This document shows, piece after piece, positions 13,865 through 28,900 of a stretch of 64,000 nt of DNA (positions are counted from its first letter, which is position 1; each line of letters opens with the position of its first letter). The position numbers were made by a program, and so were the translations under genes. Below the pieces are notes generated by a model. That model was given only the letters and a program-made list of their open reading frames with translations, ran no database searches and had not been told where the DNA came from. The stretch is from Styela clava. Lineage: Eukaryota. The DNA lies in NCBI RefSeq assembly GCF_964204865.1, contig NC_135256.1, positions 18,786,001-18,850,000 on the forward strand. The letters run 5' to 3'.

Positions 13865-16800
13865 CTACTGGAAGACGCTAGCCTTTGCCTTGAACTCAGC
13901 CCTCCGTACTTTCTTCAGTTCTGCCTCCTGCCTCCTTTCCTCTTGCTCTTTCTTAATTTCTTCTTCAAATTTGTTTGATTGAGATAATTGCTGAACCTGG
14001 AGGATGAAAATGTTGACAAAATAATTTTTGATACAAGGGATACTGTAATATGTTGTATTGATTTGTACATTTTGTTTACTTGCCGCCTCAGACCCGCATG
14101 TAGCACAGTTGACACACGGATGCTTAACAAGATAGTATCAAAATGATAAATGAGAATAACATATTATCCTCTCAGAAAATATCAGATATATTCATATGCT
14201 TTCATTAGAGCTACTCATGCTTTCATTTTGCCCACCTAGACTGGCGGGCCTTGTAAGTGTGACATAAAAAAGTTTTATTTTACATTTCATGAACAATATT
14301 TTGCAGTGTCATAAAAGAAAAATTGGAAACGATAAGCCTCGTGCCAAAATAAAATTTAATCGCAATCTCAACAAATTCCTTGAGCTATTATTATTAGCGG
14401 TAACATCAAAATTTGATTTTAGTTTGGTCGTGGCAGCATCAGGGGGCCAAGGTTGAATTGGCCCGCTGGCTGTAGTTTGCCCATGTCAGGCATAGAAATC
14501 TAATATCTGATTATCCTGACAAGCCCTGAAAAGTGTATGGTGTGGTTAACCATATGATAGAGACATCTTATAATTATCCTCCGCCCCCGGAATATATATG
14601 ATAATCCTATCCTGTTTTATGATGTGTGGCACATTATGTTTGTGTAGAATTGACTGCATTGGGAATAACCAGAATTTGACATGGCACATTTGTTGCAGTC
14701 AAGATGGGGTGGTTGGATCAGATAGTACCGTACATAATAACCCACCTTTGCTTCAAAAAAATTCTTGGCACCTCCGACTCCTTCCTCTGACACGTTTATC
14801 TCATCACAGTCAGCAATACTCTTCAGTCCATCAATTTGTAACTCATTGTTAGATGCTTTACGGAATATGAGAAGAAACTGAAAAAAATTGTATTTCTTAG
14901 GAAAGTCTTCTTTTATCGCACAATTACAGTGTGGTTTTTAATTTGAAATATAAACACAAAATGGACCAGATGATTAGTTCAAATCCGTTATTCAGATCAG
15001 AGCTAATTTATATATCTCATGAGCAATCTGTGGCCTTAGGTATGCAAATCACTAACATTTTCATTCCGATGATCCTCTCTACCTTCCTGGAATATTTTTA
15101 CATCAATATTCTTACAATTGAGCCATTATATAAGATCATCATAGTCTGACATATCTCACTCAACTTTGCGACAAACTGCAAAGCTTGACACTTGCTTTAA
15201 CCCATTCCTGCATTTATTATTCATGTAACAAACATTAATATTCATAACGAATTTTTCACATAGCCTCCAGATTGCATGCATTTGTAAATAAGGCTTCATT
15301 TTTGAAAAGATCATTTAAATGAATTTCAGAGAATTGTTTTACATACTAATTGTACATAGAATTGTATTAAATACTAAATTCTCTCCTTATGTGTAGAATT
15401 TAACAACGATGACTAATGTGAGGCTGTAATTTGCTATATGATTAAGCTTTCCCCATCCCTGAGACAGCTCAAGCTTTTAGAAAGAACAGGAAAAGGAAGG
15501 GTGGAGGTGTGAAACAATAAAAATCCAAATACCTGGATAGCTCAGTATTCCAGAATTATTTTAACTATGAATAATAGTCTTAGTGGAATTTTTTCACAGC
15601 AAAATCAAGATGAATAATAAATTTTATAGTAAAAAAGGTTTTCCTATGAACATAACAAACAAATTATTTTAAATAGCATTTTTGAATACCTTTATTTATT
15701 TCGAATATAAATCAAATTTGATTCTTACATGTTTAGACTAAATAATTGTTTTTTATTAAATTGTTGTACACAATCACAACAAATATGAAAAAACACAAAA
15801 ATTATTCTTTTTTCATCCCTCACCTCTCGAAAACTCATTTTACTGTCATAATCTTCATCAACTTCTTTTATCATTGCTTTTAATCCTAAATGAGTTTGGG
15901 GAGCATCGAGTTTTTCCATCATGTATTTTAATTCCATCAAATCAATAAAACCATCTCTGCCAGTGTCATACCTATTGGAAAATATTGAAATTCATTCAAA
16001 TTATAAATTGCAAGTCATTTTACAGTAATAATTTTTTTCAATCGTTTTACAGTAATTGAGATTAAATAACTAATCTCCACGGAATTCAAAATATCTTCTT
16101 GCAAAAAATGAATAGCTACAAAATTTACCTAGGTAAAAATTATGAATAATTTTGCTATTCAATTCGTAAAACCCCATCAACCAAAATTGCCTTTACATTT
16201 GAATTCTGGTTAGGGATCTCCAAATCAATATCAAAATTTGGATAATAGCCTACTTTACAAAATATAATTTAAAAATATGGAATTTCAAATATATCTTAAC
16301 TTGCAGATTTTTAAGAGAGAATTGATGTAACAAATCAATGTTTATTTAAAATGACTTGATTGAAACTACCGGTATGTGAAAATTAAGCACAATTTGGCTC
16401 GGTTATCAAAGTTCAACAGTGATCAAGAAGTCTTTTTCAAGAATATATCACATGTTATTCTCTAAAACGAGTTTTCTATGATTGTCATAATTTAGCAATT
16501 AATAAAATCTAAACACTAAACTTATATGACCAATCTATAAAATTTTTTACTTTTTGAACATTTTTTCGTATTCTTTGATTTGTTTTCTTGTGAATTCCTT
16601 GAATTCAGTATATACATTACAGACTTTCATAGAAGGCACCTCTCCTGATTCGATTCCATCGTTAATATTTGCTTGTCTAAAAAAAAATTTCACTCTGAGG
16701 ATGTAATAATTTGAAATATACTACCGGTACCTAATTTTCTATTCCAATGAACATCATATCTTAGATTACTTCAATAATATAACCACAATATTTAAAATAG

Positions 16801-18334
16801 AGTATTCATCTAGATAAGGGATGTGCAAAATATTTTGTCGATGGGCCATAATAACCAACCAGAAGTGTAGCAGAGCCACACAAAAAATTTAGTAATTTCA
16901 ATTCGGGAAAGGCAAGAGAATAGGATGCGGCTGTTGCTTAGCCTTGCAGTATTGAAGACACATGGCAAAAAGATAGAAGATTTAACGCAGCAACAATAGC
17001 AAAGAACAATATGTATGCCTATTTTACCCATGTGAGCGAATTTTTGAACATAAACTGTCAGATTAGGATTTATGCTTGGTGGGTAAATATCAGAGTGTTG
17101 ACAAGGGCCACAGTAAATGGATTGGTGGATCGGGTTATGGCCCATGGGCCCTGTTGCACACCCCTTATCTAGATGACACTGACTTAAGATACAGAGATTT
17201 GCAGATGATCATCAAAACAATGTTTCCATGAGTATAAATGGTCAAAATTGAGAGAGACTGGACATTATCGCATCCATTAAATCCAAACAAATAGACCTTT
17301 TTATGGTATTTACCATATGAGAATCAAGTAATACAAAATGGAAACTTTAATTTGAACAGAATTAAGAATCAAGGCTGTTTAAAGAGAATATCTGAATAAA
17401 TATCGAAAATAGGACACTTTCTCATTACAATCCAATATGGACTATATGTGAGACACTACAATAATATTATTAAGTCGTCTTATCAAGTTTTGCTTTTTTA
17501 GGATTGATATGAAATCTTATCACAGTTGAATCAATTAGGCTACTCAAAAAGCTTATTAATCACATTACTCAAGTGGAATAATGTGCAAGTTTATGATTAT
17601 TCAAAATTTTAAAAAGTAGTTAAGCATTGCTAAATACTAAAAAAACAATGGAGGAAAGTAAATTTGGAAGCAAATTTGCATCATATTTGCTACTGCCTCT
17701 TCTATTTAGTACACTATTCAAAATTTGAGATACAAATTGGACAGGCCTACTTGCCTCAGAGCCAAATTGCCCACCAGATTTTAATATAATACATTTTAGC
17801 TTGAAAGGAAATCGGTCAATAGAACACCACAGTCATCAATTTCCTGATATAGCAGTGTGTTACTAAATATCATGCAGAAATTGCACTTTGATAATACAGT
17901 AACAATAAAATAATAAAGTTCAATAGTATCCGTATCATATGGCACATTGATAACTACCATACTATATGGCTCAAGGTGTGGCAGAACATACTTGGAACAT
18001 AGTTTTTGATGTTATTAATTACAATACTATTAACATATATCGGGTATCACCCTTCAACGGAAAACTATCAAACTGTAGCTGACTTGATACACAATTAGAC
18101 AAAACGGCAAGATATTCACAGAAATAAGTGTTATATATGAGGTCGTACAGTAAATAACAAAACATACCTATTCAGTTTATTGGCGAGTTCGGGGAGCGCA
18201 GCATCAACTTCCGATTTGTCGCCTTCATTTGTTTGATAACCTTTCACAACTACGTTCTCTGTAGGTGCTGGCTCTTCACCTTCATTTATTTTATTCCGAC
18301 GGTTTAAAATATTGGATAATTCTGAATCAGCCAT
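13865..18334 (-). CDS. EFHD2: EF-hand domain-containing protein D (swiprosin), ~234 aa, exons 18168-18334, 16551-16676, 15824-15971, 14746-14877, 13865-13996
   Basis: Contains VYTEFKEFTRKQIKEYEKMFKKYDTGRDGFIDLMELKYMMEKLDAPQTHLGLKAMIKEVDED...FREFLLIFRKA...GVGGAKNFFEAK and a C-terminal coiled coil. Introns are GT-AG and the total is 705 nt. It is probably co-orthologous to EFHD1 and EFHD2. Confidence 0.93.
14226..14489 (-). mobile_element. Truncated hAT MITE, same family as 51650-51947
   Basis: Reverse-complement similarity to 51650-51910 (TTTTGCCCACCTAGACTGGCGGGCC...GTTTGCCCATGTC). Confidence 0.7.
16816..17166. mobile_element. hAT (Charlie-like) MITE
   Basis: TIRs AAGGGATGTGCAA / TTGCACACCCCTT, with a perfect 8-bp TSD ATCTAGAT (16808-16815, 17167-17174). 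Confidence 0.88.
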
Positions 18335-21300
18335 GTCGTCAGACCTTTGTGCGTATAGTTATTACGACAATAAAATTATAAATTTTAAAGTTATACAGAG
18401 TCCGTAGTCCAAAAGCCAATATAAGACAATCTAAACAACAAGTTAATTAAATTTGGTCAAAAATATTCAACATCAAAATACTGTACTACTAAAATAACTA
18501 CTGAAATATTGAAAAATAAGCATATATCTAACTACAATGCTAGGGGTCTCGTGTAGTTCCGTACCCCAAGTACTTATAATGGGCAATAACGATTTTTGCA
18601 CATGTCAATCCTAACCCCTACTTGACCCAATGCTAGCAGTATTACTCGACGGCGCGCCTTCCTGAAATCGACAAAAATGATCTTTGCCCAAGCGGATCCG
18701 ATTACAACCCATTTTACATGTGCAAATACGGAATGCGACATATGCTCACTCTCGAACCTAATCACTCCCACGCTACTTTCTCCCAATTTGAAAACGTTTT
18801 AAGCGAAGCAAATATCAGACAGTATCGAGAAATTCGAAAAAAATCGTCGTTGGCGAAGGACAGTCGGACGGTAAAAGTCGTCTCTGGCAAGTTACTTGTC
18901 GCGATATGTGACTCGTTTGTTATCATTTACAAATTAAAGTTACGTCGACTTACGTTCGTGCATGCGTACGAACAGCGCAAATACTGTAAGCTTTCCATTT
19001 AAACTGTCAAATGTGACTGTAGTCGCATAGGATTGATGTGCTCATTCGAAATCCCTACATGCGCCCTAAATTATACAGCGGTTATGTGGATAGTCCCGTG
19101 CGAATAAACATACACGGCCTCGCTAATTCCTAACTAATACAGATTAACCATTTGTTTACTTCAACGTTAAGCTATTATCGGCGAATGTCTCTTATCTATT
19201 TTCAATCTTTTCGTGTACTCTGTAACAACTTCTAATTAGAGCGCCAAATTATTTCCTGATCGGAGGAAATAATACCTAATTTCAAAGGCGATATTACCCT
19301 TTTAATACGAAACAGAAGCAATATCAAACACAGATAAAGTGTCTTAAAGAGTACGTGTTTTAAACTCGTATTCGTCTTTTTGAGCTTAAAATGCCTTGAT
19401 GGTATACATATATTGCTTGCCAATACAACAACCAGTCGTATATACGAAACAGGTTGCCTATTGCGCTGTTATTTATGTGTCAGATAACCGTAAGCATACC
19501 GCCTACTGAGTGTTTACTTTCGTGATACGTGAATGACGCGATAACCGGAAAAGGCCAAAAAATGTGTACAAACTAGCCCATATAACCTTACTGCGTCATG
19601 TAACAGAACAATCGATGTTCTAGTATTTTTGTGAAATAACTTATTTCATCTTCCAATAATACGGCCATGCGCCAACAACGTTAGCAGAATTTATTCTTTC
19701 TACGTACGTAAAAGATCATAAAAATATTAAACTCAAAGTAAATGAAATGTACATATATAACAAAAATTGACGAGATAACTTCAGCGCGAAATAATCGTAT
19801 GCTTCTGAATATTCCTGCAAGAAATATTTCGGCTTTCACACTTCTATATACCTTTTTTTTTAATTCTAAAAACATTCAGCATGGTATTATATATACTAAA
19901 CGTGTCTTCCTTACTTTTGACTTAACTGAATACTACTGAACTTTACTTTCCGGCGCTCAATACACGCGAAAATTTTACTGATTGCATTTCATCTGCTACC
20001 TCGAAGCTACTCGGGGCGGATATGTCAATATTTTCGACAATTTGAAGTAACTAATAATTAACAGAAGAGGGCCGTGCGTAGCTATTTAATCAGAATACAG
20101 TGAAAAAGTTTTAAATTTCTTCAAAGATTTGCTATTTACTCGCTATTCGCGGACAGACAATAAGCTATTTTACAATGTCAGCTCACACAGGGCTGACGTG
20201 ACTTTATTCCATTTCTCACTGACTGCCGGACCGCGGGCACTAGACAGATACAACCATGGCGCTTACTCTACACACAAACGCAACCAAACAGCCAAGCGAA
20301 TGGTTGGTTTAGAAGTTGCGGCGTGATTGTGAGATCAATTTTTAATAACGTGCGGTGTCATAGCTATTGGCAGAGTATTAGTGGTATTGCGTAATGCGAA
20401 CGGTATGCCGTCATGATAAACGCCGTGTGGGCTTTTCCGTATATTATACTGATGTCTAATTTTGGCTGTAGAGTGACTTCCAACTGTTCTGCTTGGTTGG
20501 TCGCCCACGAAACACATTCAGATACAATCTCAGATGATTTACCAGAGCTTTCTTGAAACATTTGATATCCAAAAGCTTTTAACTGTCTTGCGGTTGAAAT
20601 ATTTGTATACAGAAAAAACAGCTTAACCACCTCACCAATTAAGGCAATTATACATGGAGTAAAGTAACAGGTAATGCGACTTCACTCTAAATAAATATTC
20701 TTTCCATATAGTCTTACTAATTGGAGGCTGCCCGGTACGTTTAAAGTGGGTCCCCGCGAGACTGTCAACGCTACATTAAGATATGATAATGAAAGTAAAC
20801 GAAACCATAGACAGGGTAAGTCGAAACTGAAGTCAGTTTCTATCAGAGACTGTGATGAGAATATCGATTCCCCTCACAGCCATCAATTGAAATGACAAAA
20901 CAGCCCACGGCTACAATTAAAATTCCGGAAAAAATCAATTTTATTAATTAAGGATTTAAAAGTATCAAAACAGATGATCGATCTCGCCAGTGCTAAAGAG
21001 CAAAAGTCAAGGCGTCATTTGATAGTGTAAGATTATCTGCACATTAAATAACATGACACTCGCCATGAATTACAGTTTTATTTTTGTCAAATATCACGAA
21101 TGTGAATAACTGAATAATAATTCTAAGATATAAACACCATAAAAGATTATTTCTCGGGCTTGTACCAAATCTGTTTTTAGATATAATTTCCCAACTTTTC
21201 AATACGACCGACACCTTTATTCCGCGTTAGGTGATTGGTTAGTCATATTTTCGTTTTGAGCCTGCTTCTATTTATTTATTCCATTTTCACTATTGAGAAG

Positions 21301-22100
21301 AAAGCCTCACACAATTAGGTTGTAATTATTGCCGACGCAACATGCACGTGTCATTTGCCTTAGAAACGGAAACTCAACCTCAACACGTAATTTTTGTGGA
21401 CGTTTGCTATCTCTCAAGAACGAGTACCTCAAATCCGTGTTTGTCTACAGATGAGTTCAAGTTGTAATTATTCTGCATCCTCTTCCACATTGTGGAACGA
21501 ACACATAAAAATATTGAATCAAGTGTGGACTGTTGTTTCAAGTCAGTGTCCCAGAAATATACATTCCTGCAGCCTCAGGTCAGTAAACTAAAGGCAATAT
21601 GGCTGGGTCGCGTGATTGTAATATGACGTCACAATAAACAAAAATGAGTGTATATGAGCAACACCCTTTGCCTGCTCGGAAGAAGTGGCTGGTTTAACTA
21701 CAAACAGGTGGGAAAGATCGACGGAAAAAACTTCCCGCAGGCCGCACAAATTCCGCAAGTTGTCTCTGGCAGGGCTATAATCTGCACGACGATATATCAT
21801 GACAAAAGAGTTGGGCTTGAGGTTACAAATATTATTGTAGAGATTTTCTGTATTGTCCTTTATTATTTAATAAAGCATTCACCATAAAGCAGTTAGCGTG
21901 CAACAAATACAAATGAATATTATAAAAAAGCATAAGAAAAGAAAATAGTCAAGAAAAGAGTATTATTATGGTGAGAACAATATACTGCGATCAACATGAA
22001 ACAATCAGCCGAAAAAAGTCTCTTGTGTGTACAGTTGAGTATGATCAACGAAGCACAAATTTTTTCGTACATCTGATTGGAATAAAGTCGTGTTTTTTTG

Positions 22101-22309
22101 GGTACTCCCGTAGTGTGTGTACCCGGTTATTGGGGTTAGGCCATAATTTTACTCTGATTTTCCTTATTTTAGTTCTACTACGTGATCGGGGACTGTCTAT
22201 GTGAGCCAAGTGATATACCCCTGTCCATAGGTTTCAGTCCATTTACACAACTTGAAGTAGGCGACAAAATTAGTTACCTCCATATTGGTACACACATTTC
22301 TGGAGCGCC
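22101..22309 (+). mobile_element. GG...CC-ended MITE
   Basis: Ends GGTACTCCCGTAGTGTGTGTACC ... GGTACACACATTTCTGGAGCGCC. Flanks GTTTTTTTG / GTTTGTTTG match at 8 of 9 positions. Confidence 0.82.
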
Positions 22310-22917
22310 GTTTGTTTGTCCGAGAGAATATTGGCAATATTTACAAGCACGGAGGGGGATTTAATTTACGAAAAGAAGCGAAATGAATGGTCGATTGGAT
22401 GCCAATTTTATACCATTTAGAGCAGATTGTTTAGTAAATTTTATCGATCTTTATATTGGCAGAATTTCACACTTGATAATCAATACCCCATCGATAAAAG
22501 ATAAACAAATGATTTTGCCGTGTTTCAATGAATTTAGATTTCGACTTTCTCTTTCGAGTCGAAAAGTTCAAAAGTTCAAGTCTTAAATAACCCGAAATGT
22601 GAATTAAATATAATTAGCAACAGAACAGTAGACCCTGCAGTTGATACAATTCAAAAATAGAACAAAACCCGTTAAACAATATTAAAAATAATCAGAAAAC
22701 ATACCGGAATTTTTTGATATTCCGGCCTTTTGTCATAATGAAAAACGGAAAACGCTTTTGCCGCTCCTCATGGTTCACAAAACTGTAAGTGTGCCAGATT
22801 TGATAAAAATGAAAGTGTTCATTTCCTCGCTGACTTTTTTATAGTTTATCAATAATCACAGTTCGTAGGGTTGAATTCGCACTTGTTCACTTTATACCAA
22901 TGTCCTGTTTTCGTTCG

Positions 22918-25900
22918 TTAATAAAACTGCACTGAATGCATAATACATCTATTCGTTTTTTCTTCAAATTCTTGTAATAATTCATCCATATCGTTATCGA
23001 TATCATCAGATGCTTCAATCTAAAATATAAATAAAACTTGAAATGAGTTTGTTATAAATCTCTACGTGACTTACGACAAAATAAAAAAAACTCATTTATC
23101 TGAGCTTTGGCTACCGATACTTGAATTACTAGAGATATATAAAAAAATACAAAATTACTAATAAATTTATAGTATTCCAAAAACGAAACTATGTTTAGGT
23201 AATATCCCGATAACAACAGTCGTCAAATATTCTCAACAGTACAATAACCTAACTATATTGGGTTAAGCCCGATGTCTCATCCAATCTGGTGCCTACAGCG
23301 CCCCACTCATATTTCAAAATATCGTGTAGGATGTGCTGAATCGGGTCCTTACAGATCCCAATTATTTCAATGTAGACGTCACTTAGCTGCCGTTTGAACC
23401 ATATTACGTTTGATAAATATTATCGGAAATAGATATAACGATCAAATAGGTTTGGTATGTGGTTTAATTACTGTTGATGGTGACATATATTATGTCTAGC
23501 TCATTATCAGCTGACAATATAGATTGCTTTATATGGTTATGGTATCCAATGGTGCTTTATTATTATGAAAACCGTGTTTATGGACATAACGATGATAATA
23601 TTTTGGTTGCGTGAAGTGTGTTTGATTATTCAATTGTAATATATCAACTTCATACGGAAGAATGCAAAAATCTATCAATTTAGCGCCGAAAAGAAACTTG
23701 GTTATATGATTTACAGCAATGAAATTAAAAAAAAAAGTATCACATAAATCCCATTTAAGTTTTATTTTTATAATTATAACGCAAATGCACCTGTCTGCGT
23801 CAGTTCAATGATATTATTGATGGTTCAGATCAAAATAGGTGTGAGCGATAAGTAACTTGAGGTCTCTGGTTTCATATTACATCGAATTTAGTAGACAATC
23901 TAATTGGCTAGAGCTAGGCGATCGACGTTAATTAAAGCAGCACTGTGACAAACGACGGTAAAATATAATAACATTTTCCAGTAAGACGCAATAATATACA
24001 TACAAGTCGAAGTTACGACAGAAACAGCTGGACAGGAGCGAAAGGTAATACATTATATTTGATCAAGCGTATTACAGGTATAACCATGTGATGAGGTTGG
24101 TGAAATATCAAAACTTAAAAAGGAAACTTATTCTGAATAACACACCGCCGTGCAATATGACGTATTGCTGATAATTAGGCCTCGATGACAAATGAGAACT
24201 GAATGAATCATAATATTGACGTCTTAATTATGATAAACGTATACGCAAAGCAATGTTATCGTAATAAATGATTTGCTAATAGGTTGCGTTAAAAGTGAAA
24301 TTCGTCATTATATTGGCCACGTTCTATAATTTTGTTCATAATCCTACAAACGTAAACACGAATCCTACAGACACGAGTATATCTCGCCATCAGAATGTTC
24401 TATATGTCGAGTTAGTTATTTTCTGAAAATACAGAAAAAAATAAGTGTTTTTCTAAACCACGCCTGAGTCAATCGGCTTTAGAAGCCCGGAGATCAGCGT
24501 ACACAACTCGATTATCAGAGACTTTACAAATCTCACTCTATCTGGGCACCACTTTGTTTTCTGATGTGAGACATTAGGTTGAATCATTTTGGTCATATTG
24601 GACTCTGCAGCAGAAACAGTTCTCATCCCAAACAGCAACAATCCACGTTTTTGAGTCCAATCGAATTTTACTTTTTCGTTTAATTTATGTCATCAAAACA
24701 CCTCAGAAAACAGCGCCTCATCGCTATACCCATAAAAAACAATCCACAAGTCCACCTGGTGTCCAGTAATGAAATTCCCACCTTGAGCAAATTCCAGGCA
24801 ATACGCAGTCCCCGTGGTAAACGAACAATAAGTATTAGAATATATATATGATTTATACCAGAAATTGCATGTATACTCATGAGAGACGACTGACTTACCT
24901 CAACGGATGTATGGCGTACAATTTAGGAAGTCAACTCGTGTGTTGCTCACGAGGATGTAGGGTAGATTTTTTGCTGTGACAGTGTTGGCCAGTTCTATAA
25001 CTTTACTTGAAAATATAATGGAGCATTTTTCTCAGATGCGTATTTAAGATTCTATTACAGAAACTCGTTGTGGTCGATCATCAAATGTGAATGTATATTT
25101 ATGTGGTTATGTGTAATGTTTAGGTATTTTGAATTTTGTGTGTTTTTTTATTTTGTGTTGGCATGTGATCATGACAAATTGTATTGCCTATTCTCGCACC
25201 ATACGCATGGGGAAATGGCCACCTGCGACTAAATTTGATATACCCTCTCATATGATTTGAATCGAGTGCTCTCTCAGTTCTAATACAGTAGTTTATATTT
25301 ATGGAAATTTTATCTGAAGGTATTGACTCCATTTGGTTAGATACTGATACAGCAAATGTTTCAATGAAACAACACCGGTTTCGACCGGTACGAACCAGTT
25401 TCGCGAGTTCACAGACGACAAAGGCTCCTATTGTTGCTTCTTCATGATTGTCTTGAACGTCAAAATTAATGATGTGAACCGGTTCCATTGTCTCTTGCTC
25501 TCTGTTGTTAAAATCTGAAACGAGTGAACGGATATGGAATTGGTAATTAGTTTGTGGGTGTATCTTGTTTGGAAAGGTTCAAACACGAAGGGTCAAAATG
25601 GTACATTGGCCGTACACGTACTTAAGTTTAAAAAAATCGAAAACAAAACGATGAAAGAGGCAAACCTTCCATAATTTGGTCGTAAACCCTCTCTTCAACA
25701 GATACAACGACGTCAAACTTTCCATCAAAATCTTGGAATCTTTGCGGCGTTTCTTTGATTCGACGATTGCGATCCAACATATGAAGAACACCGTTTTGTG
25801 TGTATCTTTTTATAAGTATCAGTTAAGGAATTTCGAGAAAAAAAAGATGATAAAAATAATTCGATAAATAAAATGAGGGAAAAAATATTAACAGACAAAT

Positions 25901-28900
25901 CGGACAAACAACAAAAAATTTCACGACACCAGAAAAAGCAAAGCGATAATGCGGGTTTTTGGTCACCACTCACGAGCGCCCCTCGGTAGACAATAACCAA
26001 TAAATTGTATCCACATTTGAAAACCTCCATTACCAAACTGTAATAGAAATGAATCGCAGCTTCAGATTGCGTTACAGTGGGAAAATATTGAATGGATTAG
26101 TGTAACACGATTTTTGAAGCGAAACACGTAGCAGGCTGGGTGAATTCATATTTATACCAGTAAATAGTGACGGCAGAAATGTGGTCAAAGCGTGTAACAT
26201 CAATTCCTACCAAAACGCGCTCAACACATCTAATATGGTATCAAAACTAGATGCCGAAAGTCAAAGATTTTCAATGTCACAGTGGTCTATCATCCATACT
26301 TCTGCGGATACGACTCTCCAGTACAACGAGCGCCCACGTCTATCACATTTCAACATCCGCTAGATGGCGCATCAGTAGTGCGTCAAAAAATTACGTTAAA
26401 CTTTTTGCTGGATTTTTCTTCACATTTACTGATCGAAAAGCCGACACAATACAAAACCTAAATAGCGACACAGTCTCAAGTCCATTGCCGGGCGTAGCAG
26501 GGCCATCCGCTCAGCCCTAACAATTGTTTGGGTGGAGTTCTCCACTCCGCTCCCATCATTAAACACCCGAAATACATAAAATACAAATACCTCCACGCAG
26601 GGAACTTGCATTGAAATATGACGTTTTCTATTTCAACATACCTAAAACACAATACCAGTTTATTTACAAAAACAAATTCCGCACGCTGACTTCAAGTTGC
26701 CTTGCCCATCCTGTAAATACAAAATTTAGAAGTTAAAATACGAAGTGGGACACTATATGTTAAGGTCACAAGAGATCAATTTTTCCTTGCTCTATGCTTT
26801 TTCGTGGATCCGTATGCATATATTGCGAAGATGCTAAAGCGAGATTCTGTTAGTGTGTGTGTGTTGGTGCAAAAAAATTGTCGAATCAAATACTTGGGTC
26901 GATTAAGGATTTTACATATATGCCGGGAGATGAAAGACAACGAGGCCTACCTACACTTGATAGGCCAGTTTCGAAAATGGTAAAACAGTTTTTTGTCCAA
27001 CAGCTAAGAGCCCAGCAATACTCTCGCACATATTAATCCCACACAAAATACCAAACAGCGAACTCATGCAGGATGAACAGCGGTTCGATGGGAATCGTAT
27101 TCTAATACTCTCAGTTAGAAGTCGGAACTAAAGGCATTGATAACCAATCCCATTCATCGAACCATTCTGATTCCACAATTAGCTGATAAAACTTGCGCCT
27201 AACTGTCATTGCTCAATTTTAGAAGCAATTTAACGCTTAATATGTCTGATTGGCACAATACACGATTTCATTAAAGGGCGAGGAGTTTGATAAGCCGCAG
27301 AAAATGAGCACCACGCTGCATTAACCAGAATAGGGTAAATCAAAGCGGTTTTGGTCGGAAACCCCACTCTTGGAAACCATTTTCAAACCTTAGAGAAAAA
27401 GTGGGATACAACCAGCCAATTAATTATTTGTCGCTCGTCGATACATTATTTGAATGACACTTCAATGCAATTCTGTGCCACATACTTGCCTGTGAGAGAG
27501 CACTTTGTCGCTTGCGATTGCAGCGACCTAAGAATCGGAATTACACTGCTGCGCTGGGCTCGACTTAATCAGAGCAACAATTCGTCAAATATAACAATAT
27601 TCCACCAGTCCTCGTAAGTTACGCAACCACAATGCACGACCCTAGTTGCACTTCTCAGCACAAAAAATTACAACCCAAATCACAGATTAAATTTGTATTA
27701 TACATAATCACTTGTTATGCAGTCGAATGTACTCAATTATTAGAATGACGTGGAAATCATCGCCAGAGAACATTTTAAAATATAGTCCATGCATTACCGT
27801 CGGATGTATTCAGGCGCGATGATAACTACCCCGACCAATCAATAAGATTTTCATATTTATCCCGGGGGATAGGAAAGCCGAGATTAGTTAGCCAGTTATT
27901 TGTTCCCGGTAGAATGGGCTGGATACACCAAAAAGGCACAACAAATAATTATTCATAATTCGCAAACCTGATAATCCTATTCTTGTACATGGAGGGTCCA
28001 AAACAGTAAAGGGTGTGTATCAGGAATTCTTTACAAAACGTATGATCGAGTTGAAATCTGCAACAATCTTCAATCACGCTGACGTGTAACCAAACTCCGA
28101 CCAACGAAAAAGCTAAACGATATCCTACATATAAAGTATTAGCCTGGTATTTTCAGCATGATGTATCCATCAACGGGCGCAAACTTATCCATCTCTCATG
28201 GGTGAGATGAAGGCACAGAAAAACAGATCCCATACAAGACTACCTTTGGCCCAAATAATAAGTATTCGAATGAGTGACATATGAAATAATTGTGCGCATG
28301 GATGTTACGAGACTTGAAATGTATTGAAGTTACATCTTTGTATTACATTTTTTACTTTCATATACTGAGCAGTCTTTGAAACTTGTAAAAATGATCATAT
28401 CCTTGCTATTAAATCTCTCCTACGACAAAGGGTTCCAATCTTCACTAATCATTAAGGAATAGCTCAGCAGATTTTCAGATAAACTTGAATATTAAGTTGC
28501 ACGAACATGATTATGAACGTCCCCAAAGACGACTCAAGATACAGATACACTTTTATCGTATTGACTATGTGTTTAAATTCTGATTATTTAGCCATATAAA
28601 ATAATCATGGTCATATATTTGGCCAATTTTCGCTCGTTTCCCATGCGGATAAAACTAAAGGTTAATTTTTAATTTAGTTTTAATCAGACGTTAGGACTAC
28701 GATCAAGGTTTTGGTTTTGGGAAATCAAAGATGGATAATGTGCTTTGAATGACTGGAAACCACGGTCTTACCACATATCCTAGTCAAAAATAACATTTTA
28801 TTTACGAAGTATGATTCCGAGAAAGCGATGCTTGCAGTACGACCTATTCGGCTATTCCTCAATACAAATAACTCTGCCTCAATCATAAAAAAAGCGATTT

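Noticed and set aside
20364-21887. Possible coding exons between EFHD2 and SSU72
   Set aside because: The ORFs are short, with no recognisable motifs and no consistent splice chain.
25120-25488. Stand-alone 122-aa gene
   Set aside because: Its first part is SSU72 exon 4 and the rest is read-through into the intron.
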